From Eledone cirrhosa (Eukaryota): a DNA stretch of 64,000 nucleotides. The notes below the pieces were generated by a model that saw only the letters and a program-made list of their open reading frames with translations, made no database searches and was not told the origin of the DNA. This document shows positions 1 to 12,670 of this stretch, one piece after another (position 1 is the stretch's first letter; every line of letters begins with the position of its first letter). A program made the position numbers and the translations under genes. The stretch spans positions 61,194,001 to 61,258,000 of the forward strand of contig OZ024747.1 of the NCBI GenBank assembly GCA_964016885.1, given 5' to 3'.

Positions 1-561
1 AATAAGTGCCCAGTCCACACTGTAAAGTGGTCATGTTGGCGACACAACAATAAGTGCCCAGTCCACATTGTAAAGTGGTTATGTTGGCGACACAACAATA
101 AGTGCCCAGTCCACACTGTAAAGTGGTTGTGTTGGCGACACAACAATAAGTGCCCAGTCCACACTGTAAAGTGGTTGTGTTGGCGACACAACAATAAGTG
201 CCCAGTCCACACTGTAAAGTGGTTATGTTGGCGACACAACAATAAGTGCCCAGTCCACACTGTAAAGTGGTCGTGTTGGCGACACAACAATAAGTGCCCA
301 GTCCACTGTAAAGTGGTTGTGTTGGCGACACAACAATAAGTGCCCAGTCCACACTGTAAAGTGGTCGTGTAGGTATCATGACAAAAAGCACCCAGCACAC
401 ACTGTAAATGTGGTTGTGATTAGGAAGGGGATCCAGCTGTATAATTCAAGCCAAAATCAGCCCTGATTGAATGTAACGTGTTCCTCTGACCAGATCTCTC
501 ACAAAGGGACAGCCTGTAGTACCCAAGCTAGTGTGGAAAATGATGATGATACATATATTAT
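1..561 (+). repeat. 48-bp tandem array ending in an RTE-type 3' UTR with (GAT)n tail; left arm of an inverted duplication
   Basis: Unit AATAAGTGCCCAGTCCACACTGTAAAGTGGTTGTGTTGGCGACACAAC repeats to ~370, followed by ...AGGAAGGGGATCCAGCTG...GCTAGTGTGGAAAATGATGATGAT. The segment is the reverse complement of 3477 onward. Confidence 0.9.
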
Positions 562-999
562 ATGAATAAGATCTCAACACAAATGCATGCTACCTAAGGT
601 TTCAAACTTCAAACAATATAGGACATAAATATTTTATGTCTGCTACTTTAGTTATGTTCAGGCAAAACTAAGATGGTTGAACGTTATTTCATATATGAGA
701 TCTCGTCAGATATAAGGGAGGTAATAATGTGATAATACATTTGGTATTTTTTTTTTTTATAGAGGAAGCAACGCATGTATCTGCTATACACAGACACACT
801 CATATATGAATTCATAACCTCAAGATTGTGAATCCAATTCTCTAACCACTCAGCCACACTACATACACATATCTGTATCATAATTATAATATTGTAATTG
901 TAATTGTCTCAATATTGATTCTGTGTTGTATATATTTGACTGTCTATATATTTTTTACTATATTGTAACTATATAGATTGTTCTAGTAGAAAGTGTGAG

Positions 1000-1510
1000 T
1001 GTATATGCCGGCATACAAGTCAATCCTGCGCATAGGTCGACCCTTAAAATTCTGAGGTGTAATTCTGGTTTAGGCCTATATTTGCTGTATATGACCCCCC
1101 CCCCCCCCCCCCCCCCCCAATAAAAATAAGGCAGTTGCAAAATTTTAGTGGTGCACTCAAGGCTAAGACACTTCTTCTAAAACACTTTAGTCGCATGTGA
1201 TTTCTAACTCACCGAATAAACCAACCTGGCCTAACCTTAACAAACCTATGGCAACCTACTCTATGAACTATGGCAAGTCAATGATATTATTATAATCTGT
1301 ATGTTAAATAGACTTAACAAATATGAGATTTAATAGGGAATAATTGTGGCAGGCTGGTAAGTGGTGTACAACGAGTGTTGGGCAGGCAGTTTCACTGTTT
1401 ACCCCTCAGTGGTAAAGGTTCACATTTTATATTCAGCAGACAAGTCGACTCCTGGTTTTGGAGAGATATTTTTAGGTTCCAAATGTGGACTTGTATGCCT
1501 GCATATTCAG
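1000..1510. mobile_element. pogo/Tigger-like MITE, degenerate
   Basis: Imperfect TIRs TGTATATGCCGGCATACAAGTC (1000-1021) and GACTTGTATGCCTGCATATTCAG followed by TA (1488-1512). Subterminal GTCGAC motifs are typical of this MITE class. Confidence 0.65.
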
Positions 1511-2048
1511 TAGATTTCATGTTATACTATATAGTTGTGAAGTGTAGTATTGTTGGTGGTGTATATATTATTTACGTAGCTTATTGAGCTTAAATGTATT
1601 AGTGTGTAGTTTGAAGCTTCTAGTTTGTAGCTTGACAATAATATTTTAATATCTATGTGAAGACAGAGGAGAAATAATCTTTAACTGTTTTGTTAACATA
1701 TTTCTAATGAAAGGCACTTCATATCATGTTGAAAATAATCCAGAATTTGGAAGGATTCAGTAATATAACTAAGTTTCTCATTATGAAACTGGTGGATGGC
1801 ATACAACTTAATAAATCGTCTAAATAAACTTTATTAAGGCATAACTGTCAACATGATATTACAAATAGAAATAAGAAGAAAAAATATAGAAAAGGAAAAT
1901 GAAAAAAGAAAGAGAAAAAAACCCCCTGCAAACAGGTAATACACACATCCAGGAACACACACAACAAAAGGCAGGTGAAAGGGGTGGACAAACGAACTGC
2001 TGCCAGAGCAAAAAATGACGATATCGCAAAGAGTACTGAGAAACCTCT

Positions 2049-2340
2049 TTAATAATTATTGAGGTAAGCCAGCACGCTCGCAGTGTTATCTCGGGTGATG
2101 GCAAGGCTGATGCACTGGAACAGCCAAGTACCATCACAAGCTTCACCAGTTATCTCAGTTAGGTGAACCACCAGTGAAGACGAGAACCTTGCAGTTAGCA
2201 GCCTGATTCCCCAAACGTCACAAACAGCGCACACTAGAAAATATAGTTAGCCAACAGATTACAGTATTTCAGGATTTTGTTCCATTCGGCAGCAGAAGCT
2301 GTAGCTCTCACCCTAACCACAGCATCCAGGATGTGGGAAG
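2049..2340 (-). pseudogene. C-terminal restriction-like endonuclease fragment of a CRE-clade non-LTR retrotransposon
   Basis: Minus-strand translation SHILDAVVRVRATASAAEWNKILKYCNLLANYIF*...TFG / HLTEITGEACDGTWLFQCISLAITRDNTASVL resembles the CRE pattern AAE..K..KY..L...Y.F..ET.G...L.QRLS.AIQRGNAASVL. It carries a stop and a frameshift. Confidence 0.75.
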
Positions 2341-2380
2341 AAGCAAAAGAGTCATTAATGTTCTTACATGAAATTTATGA

Positions 2381-3216
2381 CATTATTCTATGTACTATAC
2401 ATGCACCTTTGATGAGTTGTAGTGCACCTGAGCACTGTACACAATCATTTTCATTATATGATATATATATATATGCGTGTGTGTGTCGGTGTATATTACA
2501 ACTCATATACTGTTCACTTTCCTGACATTTCTACATTATTCTATGTACTATACATGCACCTTTGATGAGTTGTAGTGCACCTGAGCACTGTACACAATCA
2601 TTTTCATTATATGATATATATATATGCGTGTGTGTGTTGGTGTATATTACAACTCATATACTGTTCACTTTCCTGACATTTCTACATTATTCTATGTACT
2701 ATACATGCACCTTTGATGAGTTGTAGTGCACCTGAGCACTGTACACAATCATTTTCATTATATGATATATATATATGCGTGTGTGTGTCGGTGTATATTA
2801 CAACTCATATACTGTTCACTTTCCTGACATTTCTACATTATTCTATGTACTATACATGCACCTTTGATGAGTTGTAGTGCACCTGAGCACTGTACACAAT
2901 CATTTTCATTATATGATATATATATATGCGTGTGTGTGTTGGTGTATATTACAACTCATATACTGTTCACTTTCCTGACATTTCTACATTATTCTATGTA
3001 CTATACATGCACCTTTGATGAGTTGTAGTGCACCTGAGCACTGTACACAATCATTTTCATTATATGATATATATATATGCGTGTGTGTGTTGGTGTATAT
3101 TACAACTCATATACTGTTCACTTTCCTGACATTTCTACATTATTCTATGTACTATACATGCACCTTTGATGAGTTGTAGTGCACCTGAGCACTGTACACA
3201 ATCATTTTCATTATTA
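2381..3216 (+). repeat. ~151-bp tandem repeat, about 5.5 near-identical copies, derived from a dispersed repeat
   Basis: Units start near 2381, 2534, 2685, 2836, 2987 and 3138. Single diverged reverse-complement copies lie at ~20401-20525 and ~22204-22325. Confidence 0.9.
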
Positions 3217-3476
3217 TTTTAAAGTAGTTTTGTATAATAAAACCAATGGTTATTTCATGTGGTTTGGTACAGAAAAGATGAAGTAAGTTTATTAGTAAGT
3301 TTGTAGCAAGGCAGTAACATATTTAATATCTAAAGAGCTCCGAGAAAGACATTTTTGAATTTCTCTACTAAACATTGGTCAGTTATGTCAACTAGTTGGC
3401 TATTATTTTAGTGAAGGGAAACTAAAGGAAAATGAATCTTGGATGATATTGTTATGTCTGTAATATTAATATCATC

Positions 3477-5725
3477 ATAATATATGTATCATCATCATTT
3501 TCCACACTAGCTTGGGTAGGACAGGCTGTCCCTTTGTGAGAGATCTGGTCAGAGGAACACGTTACATTCAATCAGGGCTGATTTTGGCTTGAATTATACA
3601 GCTGGATCCCCTTCCTAATCCCAACCACATTTACAGTGTGTGCTGGGTGCTTTTTGTCATGATACCTACACGACCACTTTACAGTGTGGACTGGGCACTT
3701 ATTGTTGTGTCGCCAACACAACCACTTTACAGTGTGGACTGGGCACTTATTGTTGTGTCGCCAACACAACCACTTTACAGTGTGGACTGGGCACTTATTG
3801 TTGTGTCGCCAACACAACCACTTTACAGTGTGGACTGGGCACTTATTGTTGTGTCGCCAACACAACCACTTTACAGCGTGGACTGGGCACTTATTGTTGT
3901 GTCGCCAACACAACCACTTTACAGCGTGGACTGGGCACTTATTGTTGGGTCGCCAACACAACCACTTTACAGCGTGGACTGGGCACTTATTGTTGTGTCG
4001 CCAACACAACCACTTTACAGCGTGGACTGGGCACTTATTGTTGTGTCGCCAACACAACCACTTTACAGCGTGGACTGGGCACTTATTGTTGGGTCGCCAA
4101 CACAACCACTTTACAGCGTGGACTGGGCACTTATTGTTGTGTCGCCAACACAACCACTTTACAGCGTGGACTGGGCACTTATTGTTGTGTCGCCAACACA
4201 ACCACTTTACAGCGTGGACTGGGCACTTATTGTTGTGTCGCCAACACAACCACTTTACAGTGGACTGGGCACTTATTGTTGTGTCGCCAACACAACCACT
4301 TTACAGTGTGGACTGGGCACTTATTGTTGTGTCGCCAACACAACCATTTTACAGTGTGGACTGGGCACTTATTGTTGTGTCGCCAACACAACCACTTTAC
4401 AGTGTGGACTGGGCACTTATTGTTGTCGCCAACACAACCACTTTACAGTGTGGACTGGGCACTTATTGTTGTGTCGCCAACATAACCACTTTACAGTGTG
4501 GAATGGGCACTTATTGTTGTGTCGCCAACACAACCACTTTACAGTGTGGACTGGGCACTTATTGTTGTGTCGCCAACACAACCACTTTACAGTGTGGACT
4601 GGGCACTTATTGTTGTGTCGCCAACACGACCACTTTACAGTGTGGACTGGGCACTTTTTGTTGTGTCGCCAACACAACCACTTTACAGTGTGGACTGGGC
4701 ACTTATTGTTGTGTCGCCAACACGACCACTTTACAGTGTGGACTGGGCACTTTTTGTTGTGTCGCCAACACAACCACTTTACAGTGTGGACTGGGCACTT
4801 ATTGTTGTGTCGCCAACACGACCACTTTACAGTGTGGACTGGGCACTTATTGTTGTGTCGCCAACACAACCACTTTACAGTGTGGACTGGGCACTTATTG
4901 TTGTGTCACCAACACAACCACTTTACAGCGTGGACTGGGCACTTATTGTTGTGTCGCCAACATAACCGCTTTACAGTGTGGACTGGGCACTTATTGTTGT
5001 GTCGCCAACACAACCACTTTACAGTGTGGTCTAGGCACTTATTGTTGTGTCGCCAACACAACCGCTTTACAGCGTGGACTGGGCACTTATTGTTGTGTCG
5101 CCAACACAACCACTCTACAGTGTGGACTGGGCACTTATTGTTGTGTCGCCAACACAACCACTTTACAGTGTGGACTGGGCACTTTTTGTTGAGTCGCCAA
5201 CACAACCACTTTACAGTGTGGACTGGGCACTTATTGTTGTGTCACCAACACAACCACTTTACAGTGTGGACTGGGCACTTATTGTTGTGTCGCCAACACA
5301 ACCACTTTACAGTGTGGACTTGGCACTTATTGTTGTGTCACCAACACAACCACTTTACAGTGGACTGGGCACTTATTGTTGTGTCGCCAACACAACCACT
5401 TTACAGTGTGGACTGGGCACTTTTTGTTGTGTCGCCAACACAACCACTTTACAGTGTGGACTGGGCACTTTTTGTTGTGTCGCCAACACGACCACTTTAC
5501 AGTGTGGACTGGGCACTTTTTGTTGTCGCCAACACGACCACTTTACAGTGTGGACTGGGCACTTTTTGTTGTGTCGCCAACACAACCACTTTACAGTGTT
5601 TACAGTGTAGACTGGGCACTTTTTGTTGTGTCGCCAACACAACCACTTTACAGTGTGGACTGGGCACTTATTGTTGTGTCGCCAACACAACCACTTTACA
5701 GTGGACTGGGCACTTATTGTTGTGT
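3477..5725 (-). repeat. RTE-type 3' UTR with an expanded 48-bp minisatellite (~43 units); right arm of the inverted duplication
   Basis: (CAT)n tail at ~3488, retroposon 3' UTR to ~3670, then a 48-bp array to 5725. All long ORFs here are repeat artefacts. Confidence 0.9.
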
Positions 5726-5759
5726 ATTAATAGATGGTATATATGATCATATTTTAGTG

Positions 5760-6668
5760 TGTTAGTGTCTGTCTGTGTGAGTGTCTGTCTGTCAGTGTGT
5801 GTGTGTGTCTGTCTGTCAGTGTGTGTGAATGTGTCTGTCAGTGTGTGTGTGTGTGTGTGTGTGTGTCTGTCAGTGTGTGTGTGTGTCTGTCTGTCAGTGT
5901 GTGTGAGTGTCTGTCTGTCTGTCAGTGTGTGTGTCTGTCTGTCTGCGTGAGTGTCTGTCTGTCTGTGTGAGTGTCTGTCTGTCAGTGTGTGTGAGTGTCT
6001 GTCTGTCTGCGTGAGTGTCTGTCTGTCTGTATGTGTGTCTGTCTGTCAGTGTGTGTGTGTGTCTGTCTGTCTGTCTGTGTGAGTGTCTGTCTGTCTGTCT
6101 GTGTGAGTGTCTGTCAGTGTGTATGAGTGTCTGTCTGTCTGTCAGTGTGTGTGTGTGTGTGTGTGAGGTACTGTAGTGTGTGAGGTACTGTAGTGTGTGT
6201 GTGAGGTACTGTAGTGTGTGTGTGAGGTACTGTGTGTGTGTGTGTGTGAAGTACTGTAGTGTGTGTATGAGATGTACTGTAGTGTGTGTGTGTAAGGTAC
6301 TGTAGTGTGTGTGTGATGTACTGTAGTGTCTGTGTGTGATGTACTGTGTGTGTGTGTGTGTGAGGTACTGTAGTGTGTGATGTACTGTAGTGTGTGTGAG
6401 TGAGGTACTGTAGTGTGTGTGTGATGTACTGTAGTGTGTGTGTGATGTACTGTAGTGTGTGTGTGAGGTACTGTAGTGTGTGTGTGAGGTACTGTAGTGT
6501 GTGTGTGAAGTACTGTAGTGTGTGTGCGGTACTGTAGTGTGTGTGTGAGGTACTGTGTGTGTGTGTGAGGTACTGTAGTGTGTGTGTGATGTACTGTAGT
6601 GTGTGTGTGTGAGGTACTGTAGTGTGTGCGTGTGTATGTGTGTGTGTGAGGTACTGTAGTGTGTGAGG
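5760..6668. repeat. (TG)/(TCTG) microsatellite followed by a GTGTGAGGTACTGTA minisatellite
   Basis: Directly visible. The same minisatellite resumes at 10776 after the hAT insertion. Confidence 0.9.
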
Positions 6669-7009
6669 CAGTGACGTAACTAGCTTTTAAAGCCAGGGCG
6701 GGGGCAAATCCGATCTAAAGGGGGCCCACCAATTCCATACGCTCATTTCCACCAGCTGCAAGAAAATATGTTCATACGGGCGTCTAGAATAGATAATTTA
6801 TAATAGAGTAGAATACATCATAGATTACAGAGTTAGCATGTTCCGTGAAAACTTTATTAACTGCAAAGACGGTGGTCTATCTTCCGAAAAAAACAAAACA
6901 ATATCCAGTAAAACTAGTCTTGCTATCGATTATTCACCAACAAAACATCGTATGTGCAACAAATCGTCCATCTAAAACTTTACTTTCACATTCGAGCACG
7001 TCACTTGTT

Positions 7010-9150
7010 CTACAGTTCTAATTTGCCATGTTTTACTTGAGAAAATGTTTCACTCACGATGCTGAAGTCAATTTTTTCAGCCAGTTCTCGCTCTATGTAC
7101 ATCATTGCCAGAGCATTCAACCGCTCTTCACTCATCGTACTACGCAAATAATTCTTTATCAGTTTGAGCCTGCTGAAGGTTCGCTCAGCCTGCGCCGAGC
7201 TAACTGGAATAGTTATGAACATTTTGTATAAGGCAAACACGTTCGGATAGGCTCTATCTAAGTCATTAGAAATCATAAACGGAACGATCTCAGAACTCGA
7301 TATGGATTTATCTAAACACACTTCCTTGTAAAAATCTTTGAATGATAAATACTCATCGAAGATAGTGTCATTTTCGATGTCACCCTCGTAGAATTTCGCA
7401 AGATTATCGATTCTCTCTTTATTGCATGTGTCGTCGTCGTCGTCGAAGTGCGCCGGTATCAAGCACGAAAAATCCTTCACTAGACCGTGCAAGTCGGCAA
7501 AACGTTCGTTAAAGCTACTAATGATTCTATCTAGGATAGTGAAATAAACTTAAGTTTAAAATGCTGACGTATCGCCTCATGGGGTTTGCCACTGGCATTT
7601 TCGTCATGAAAACGCTTCTTTTTTCTTTTCCGTTTTTCTGTTGTAAACTCTGGTTCAACTTGACATTGCTCGGCGAGATTTTTAGCGTCTGCTAATGTTC
7701 GGTCAAAATATTCATTTGAGCGGATTTCTTCAATTTCTTTTACTACATTTTTAATCATGACGTCTGCGGAATATAAGTCGATAGCCTCCTTCTGCAAATA
7801 TTGTGCAGCTTTTTAAGTAAATTCTGAAAAAACTTCAACATGAAAATGAATTCAAACTTGCTCACATTTAGTAGCAAACCTCTGGCCTCAGCTAATACTT
7901 TCGGAGAAGTGTTGCGAACATCCCCACTTACTATCCTCTCTAGTGCACTCATTACTGCCGGTAAGTTGTTAATGGTAGCCTCTACAGCCTGAATATGACT
8001 AAACCAGCGGGTATCTGAGAGTCTTTTTAATGTTAATACCGTTGAAGTCAATAGTTTTTCTTGTTCTTCTTCGAGGATTTTCAGCCTTGGCAAGCTTGAT
8101 GTTAAGAAAACATACAGGCTCTCCAATGTACCAAAAAATAATTTACCATCCATTGACGATTGGCTAGCATCGATTAACACCAAGTTCAGGTTATGAGCAC
8201 AACAATGGACGTAAACAGCTTTCGAAGAGCATCCCTCTTTAACTCTAGCCTGAAGCCCAGAAATATGGCCGGACATATTCGACGCTCCGTCGTAAGCTTG
8301 TCCCCTAATATATTGAGCATCCAAGGAAAGATCCTGGAAAAGAACTTTCACAAGCGTATCGAAAAATGATTCAGCGGCTGCTGATTTTAGTTCACAAAAT
8401 GACAGGAAACGCTCCTGTGCGTGGCCACTTTTCGATACATATCGCAGTGACACAGAGCATTGATCCTGATGCGAAATGTCTATTGTGGAATCGACGATGA
8501 CTGAATAGTATTTTGCCGCTTTCACTTCCGTGATTATTTGTTGAGTACATTCGTTCGCCAGGCATTCTATGAATTCGTTTTGTAATTTTGGACTTAAGTA
8601 CATAGGCTGTCTTTTAGTGCGCCCAGGCGAGAAGAAATGGCTTTCCAAGATCGTATCATACTTGGCTATCAATTTCAACAATTCAATAAAGTTTCCTTCA
8701 TTTTCTGATTTGGCGCCAAGTCCAGCATATTCCCTGTGACCTCTGAAGGCCAAGCCTTGTTTTGCGAGAAATAACGTACAATCAAGCAATCGCCCCAATA
8801 TCTGGCGATTTCGTTCAATTCGCTTCTTCTCTTCATGGATGAAGTTATCGATCACCGTTTTATTTGCGTCCAAACGATATTTTGTCATGAAGTATTGCTT
8901 TTGTGCATTGATGTGAATGGTACTTTTCTCATGATTGGCAATTTTTTCGATTCCCTTTTTGACCAGACGACTCGCCGGAAATTCCGGCAGTTACATTGGT
9001 TTGGGATGCGTCACTACTTGTTGACAAAGACAGTTGACTTTTCAGAAAACTTGTGATTAGATGACATTTCTTTGCAGATTCTTCCCTGGCAGCTTGTCTA
9101 GCTTCTTTCCTCTTTGTTGCTCCAGTTTTGTAATTTTTTTTAGGCAACAT
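7010..9150 (-). pseudogene. hAT transposase (DUF4371-like region plus C-terminal hAT dimerisation domain), frameshifted
   Basis: Motifs LAKQGLAFRGH, GNFIELL, VIVDSTIDISHQDQ, RGQAYDGASNMSG, HCCAHNLNL, DTRW and IPVSSAQAERTFSRLKLIKNYLRSTM. The ORF is split near 8975, 7800 and 7545. Only the C-terminal half of a TTF-type zinc finger (KKGIEKIANHEKSTIH) remains. Confidence 0.9.
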
Positions 9151-9552
9151 TCTTAATGAGCACTATATTGACACAGTTGGAATAATGCAATTCGCTTGAT
9201 TTGATATTCAACACCGAAGAATGTAAAACACGTCAAATAATCGACGAAAAACAAAACATAGAGCAAAAGTCCAGGAAATATATATATATATATAACAGAT
9301 TAATCTACCGGAGTAAACGGTAGTGTCGAATCCGTATAGAGAACTCAATGTAATCCAAATGTGGAAAAATCATAAAAAATACATGTAGTTAATTAATAAT
9401 GTAAAACAATTGGAAGACAGAGTCAAAATAAGACATTGAAAAATTAAATAAAGAACATGTTCTTCCTATTAAAATTGATTTACACTTTAACAGACGATCG
9501 CTTCAAGGGATCAGATATTGGCATGTGTATTTTCATTAAGATATATATATAT

Positions 9553-9740
9553 CTCCTTTGGGAGCCCCTACATGGACACACTAGAAGAGGAAGACCAAGG
9601 TTAACATATGTTGATGCCCTAAGGACAGACACTGGTCTGTTGGAGATGCAGGATATGGCAGCGATAATGAGGGACAGAGACCGCTGGAGAGAACTCGTCC
9701 ATGGATCTCGGGAATTTTACCCGCCTTAGATAGATAGATA
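9553..9740 (+). mobile_element. 5'-truncated RTE-type LINE 3' end nested in the hAT element
   Basis: Translation LLWEPLHGHTRRGRPRLTYVDAL...MRDRDRWRELV, then an (AGAT)n tail. Possible low-complexity TSD AGATATATATATAT. Confidence 0.85.
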
Positions 9741-10312
9741 GATATATATATATTTTTTATATTTTACAAATTATACAAAGAAAATACAACATACCTCCAC
9801 CGCTCTCTATTGTCAGTGTTGAATGAATATTACAAGAATAAAAAAACATATCAAAGTATAGAGGAACATTGACCGATGGTATTCATTGGCTGGTTTCTAA
9901 ATCAACAAAATCTATCGGCTGAAAAGGAGATAACAGACGAAATTCAATGGAAAGCAGTTAGAGGATGAGGAGGAGGTGTTACAATAGAGGAAGACAATTA
10001 GGTCAAAGTTTAGAGGAAGACAATTAGGTCAAAGTTCTGGACAGAATATGTAAGGACAGCATAATGTCAGATATCAAGTTACAACTTTAGAAAGTTCATG
10101 ATGAGAACGAATATTTTATTCCAACTAAATATATATTTGTGTGTATATACTCATGCATAATTATACTTTTAATTAAATATTAGGTTAAAAAACTGAGTAT
10201 CGAGAATAACATAAGCATGTATTACAACATTTCAAACAAAAAGAATAATATAGAATTTAGATATCAAATCATTTATATATATTTACAAATCAAAGAATAT
10301 AACAATCGGTTT

Positions 10313-10560
10313 TTAATGAGATCCCTGTGATTGAGGCAAGGCTACTAATTTGTAAATGTTTGGTGTCAAAGCCGTTAGAGAGAGTCGTAAACCACCTCTT
10401 CTTTCTATATCAAGGCGATTTCCACTTTTTGAAAGCAGATGCATAACCCGACTGGAACCTGACTCAACTAAATAAGATGTGGAGAAAGCAAATAAAAAAA
10501 AATGTAACGCTTTTATTCGACTGAATATTCTCCACACATTTTTTAGATGCAGTTGCCATT
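10313..10560 (-). pseudogene. C-terminal fragment of a Charlie/Buster-type hAT transposase inside the Tip100-like element
   Basis: FAFSTSYLVESGSSRVMHLLSKSGNRLDIERRGGLRLSLTALTPNIYKLVALPQSQGSH resembles the Buster/Charlie C-terminus (FPSTYL.E.GFS...KQRNRL....DLRL.L..I.PNI..L....Q...SH). Confidence 0.8.
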
Positions 10561-12074
10561 TTATCCGAAATATTATATTCTTTAAATAAACAAGAAATTG
10601 GTCTTAACTTCTAGTCTTATTAGAGATTAAGGGTTTTCTTTCAGTTGTAGTTAAGGATTCGTAATTACATGTGTAATAAGTTATGTGTTTAGAATTATAG
10701 CCTCGGGGGCCCACCTAGATCGAGAGGAAAGCCAGGGGGGGAGGTCCCCCCTGCCCCCCGCTAGTTACGCCGGTGGTGTGAGGTACTGTAGTGTGTGAGA
10801 GAGAGAGAGGTACTGTAGTGAAAGAGGGAGAGGTGTTGTATATCATCAATATTATTTGACAAAGTGCCAGGTAATCCTTTCAAATAATGTTTATTCTCAT
10901 CACTGGAATAGTGCTAGGTTGTTTCTCACCCCCACCCCACCAGTAAACGATAGGGCGGGGTGGGGGAGCTTCTGAAGTTATTCTCTTCATAAATACATCA
11001 ATAATGTTGTCATATTCAATATTACCATCTCTCTTGGGGAGCAACAGAGCAGTGAAGAAAGACTGTGGTAAATATTTGGAGGATAAGACAAAAAGAAAAA
11101 GATATGGTATATGTAAATAATTTGATATGAAAAAAAAGAATGTTTTCTTTACTCACCAGAGAGCAATAGAGAAAGACAAAGGTTTATATATATTAGGGAG
11201 AGAGGGGGAGGGATAAAGAAAGAGTGAGAGGGTGTGAAAGGGAAAGGTTAGGGAGGGAGAGAGAGAGATAAAGACAGAGAGAGAGATGGGTGAGAGAGAG
11301 AGAGAGATTGGTGAGAGACAAAGAGAGAAAGAGATGGGGTAGAGAGGGAGGGAGAGAAAGGAATGGTGAGAGAGAGAGAAAAAAAAGAGAAAGTGATAGA
11401 GAAAAAGAGAGAGTGATGAAGAGAGAGAAAAGACACCATACTTTATGTTTACTGAGAGAGAGAGAGAGATTGTTTCATAAAATGACAATCATTGTAATTT
11501 AAGTATAGTGTTTTTGGAACTGTAATAGACAGAGATTTATGAGTGGAAGAAACTACAATGAAGATAAAACATTAAAACTTTAACTTCCAGCACAGATAAA
11601 ATAAAAAGATAAGGAGATGGAGAGAAGAAAAACGAAACATAAGTATGATAAACAATGATAAAATATCTAAATCTTTAACTATAAAAGGACCACCAAAGGG
11701 CCATATTTTTATATTTTATTTTATTTTTAGGAAGTAGATAGCAATTTTAGAAGGTAAACATGGGATTTTTACAGTAGAATATTATAGAGCGAAAGCATTA
11801 GAAATACAAAGAAATAGGAGAGATTTAAAAGAAAAGGAAACAAATAACTGCTATCTACTAAAAATACGAAAAAAAAATTGAGATTGATTCAGTTCTATAA
11901 AATAAATCCTTGTAATAATAGAAGGGATAAATATAAAACGATTCTGGTAATGGTAAATATGAAGGGGAATTTCTATCTTTGTAAGAAAGAACGATGTTAA
12001 GAAATAAGTGAAGAGGCCTTAAGATAGGCTTCAACTGCAACAAAAAAATAATAAAATGATTGAAATATTATTAA

Positions 12075-12108
<34 letters not shown>

Positions 12109-12304
12109 AATAATAAAAACTGAATTTAGACGACCTCTATTTAAAACTGAAGGTTGTTTAAAAATAATATATTTGAAAAAAAAAATTGCGCTTTTGGTTT
12201 TTAAGAAGAGAAAACACAAATGGTGACCACCTGAAAAGTTAATGTTGCAATAACTCTCAGTGTAAAATGAAGAGAACAATATCAACAATGATTATAAACA
12301 TTGT

Positions 12305-12364
12305 TATCATCACCACCATCATCATCATCACCACCACCATCATCATCATCACCACCACCATCAC

Positions 12365-12395
<31 letters not shown>

Positions 12396-12446
12396 GCCAT
12401 CATCGACACCACCACCATCATCATCATCGCCATCATCGACACCACC

Positions 12447-12477
<31 letters not shown>

Positions 12478-12637
12478 TCATCATCATCGTCGTCACCATC
12501 ACATCATTATCATCGCCATCATCATCATCACCATCATCATCATAATCATCATCATCGACACCACTATCATCATCATCATCATCGCCATCATCATCATCAC
12601 CATCACCATCATAATTATCATCATCGTCACCACCACC

Positions 12638-12668
<31 letters not shown>

Positions 12669-12670
12669 TT
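12305..12670. repeat. (CAT)/(CAC) trinucleotide microsatellite
   Basis: Directly visible; it generates the spurious poly-His/Ser/Met ORFs. Confidence 0.95.

Larger units (their letters stand above)
6669..10775 (-). mobile_element. Full-length hAT DNA transposon (Tip100/ZMYM1-like group), 4107 bp
   Basis: TIRs CAGTGACGTAACTAGC (6669-6684) and GCTAGTTACGCCGGTG (10760-10775) match 13/16. Perfect 8-bp TSD GTGTGAGG at 6661-6668 and 10776-10783. Confidence 0.93.

Noticed and set aside
2405-2455. TTGATGAG plus hairpin as a hammerhead in the 151-bp repeat
   Set aside because: The first core C is missing and there is no GAAA.
3572-5765. Long ORFs up to 702 aa, and a CRISPR-like look
   Set aside because: They come from a stop-poor 48-bp unit open in most frames. 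There are no unique spacers and no cas genes.
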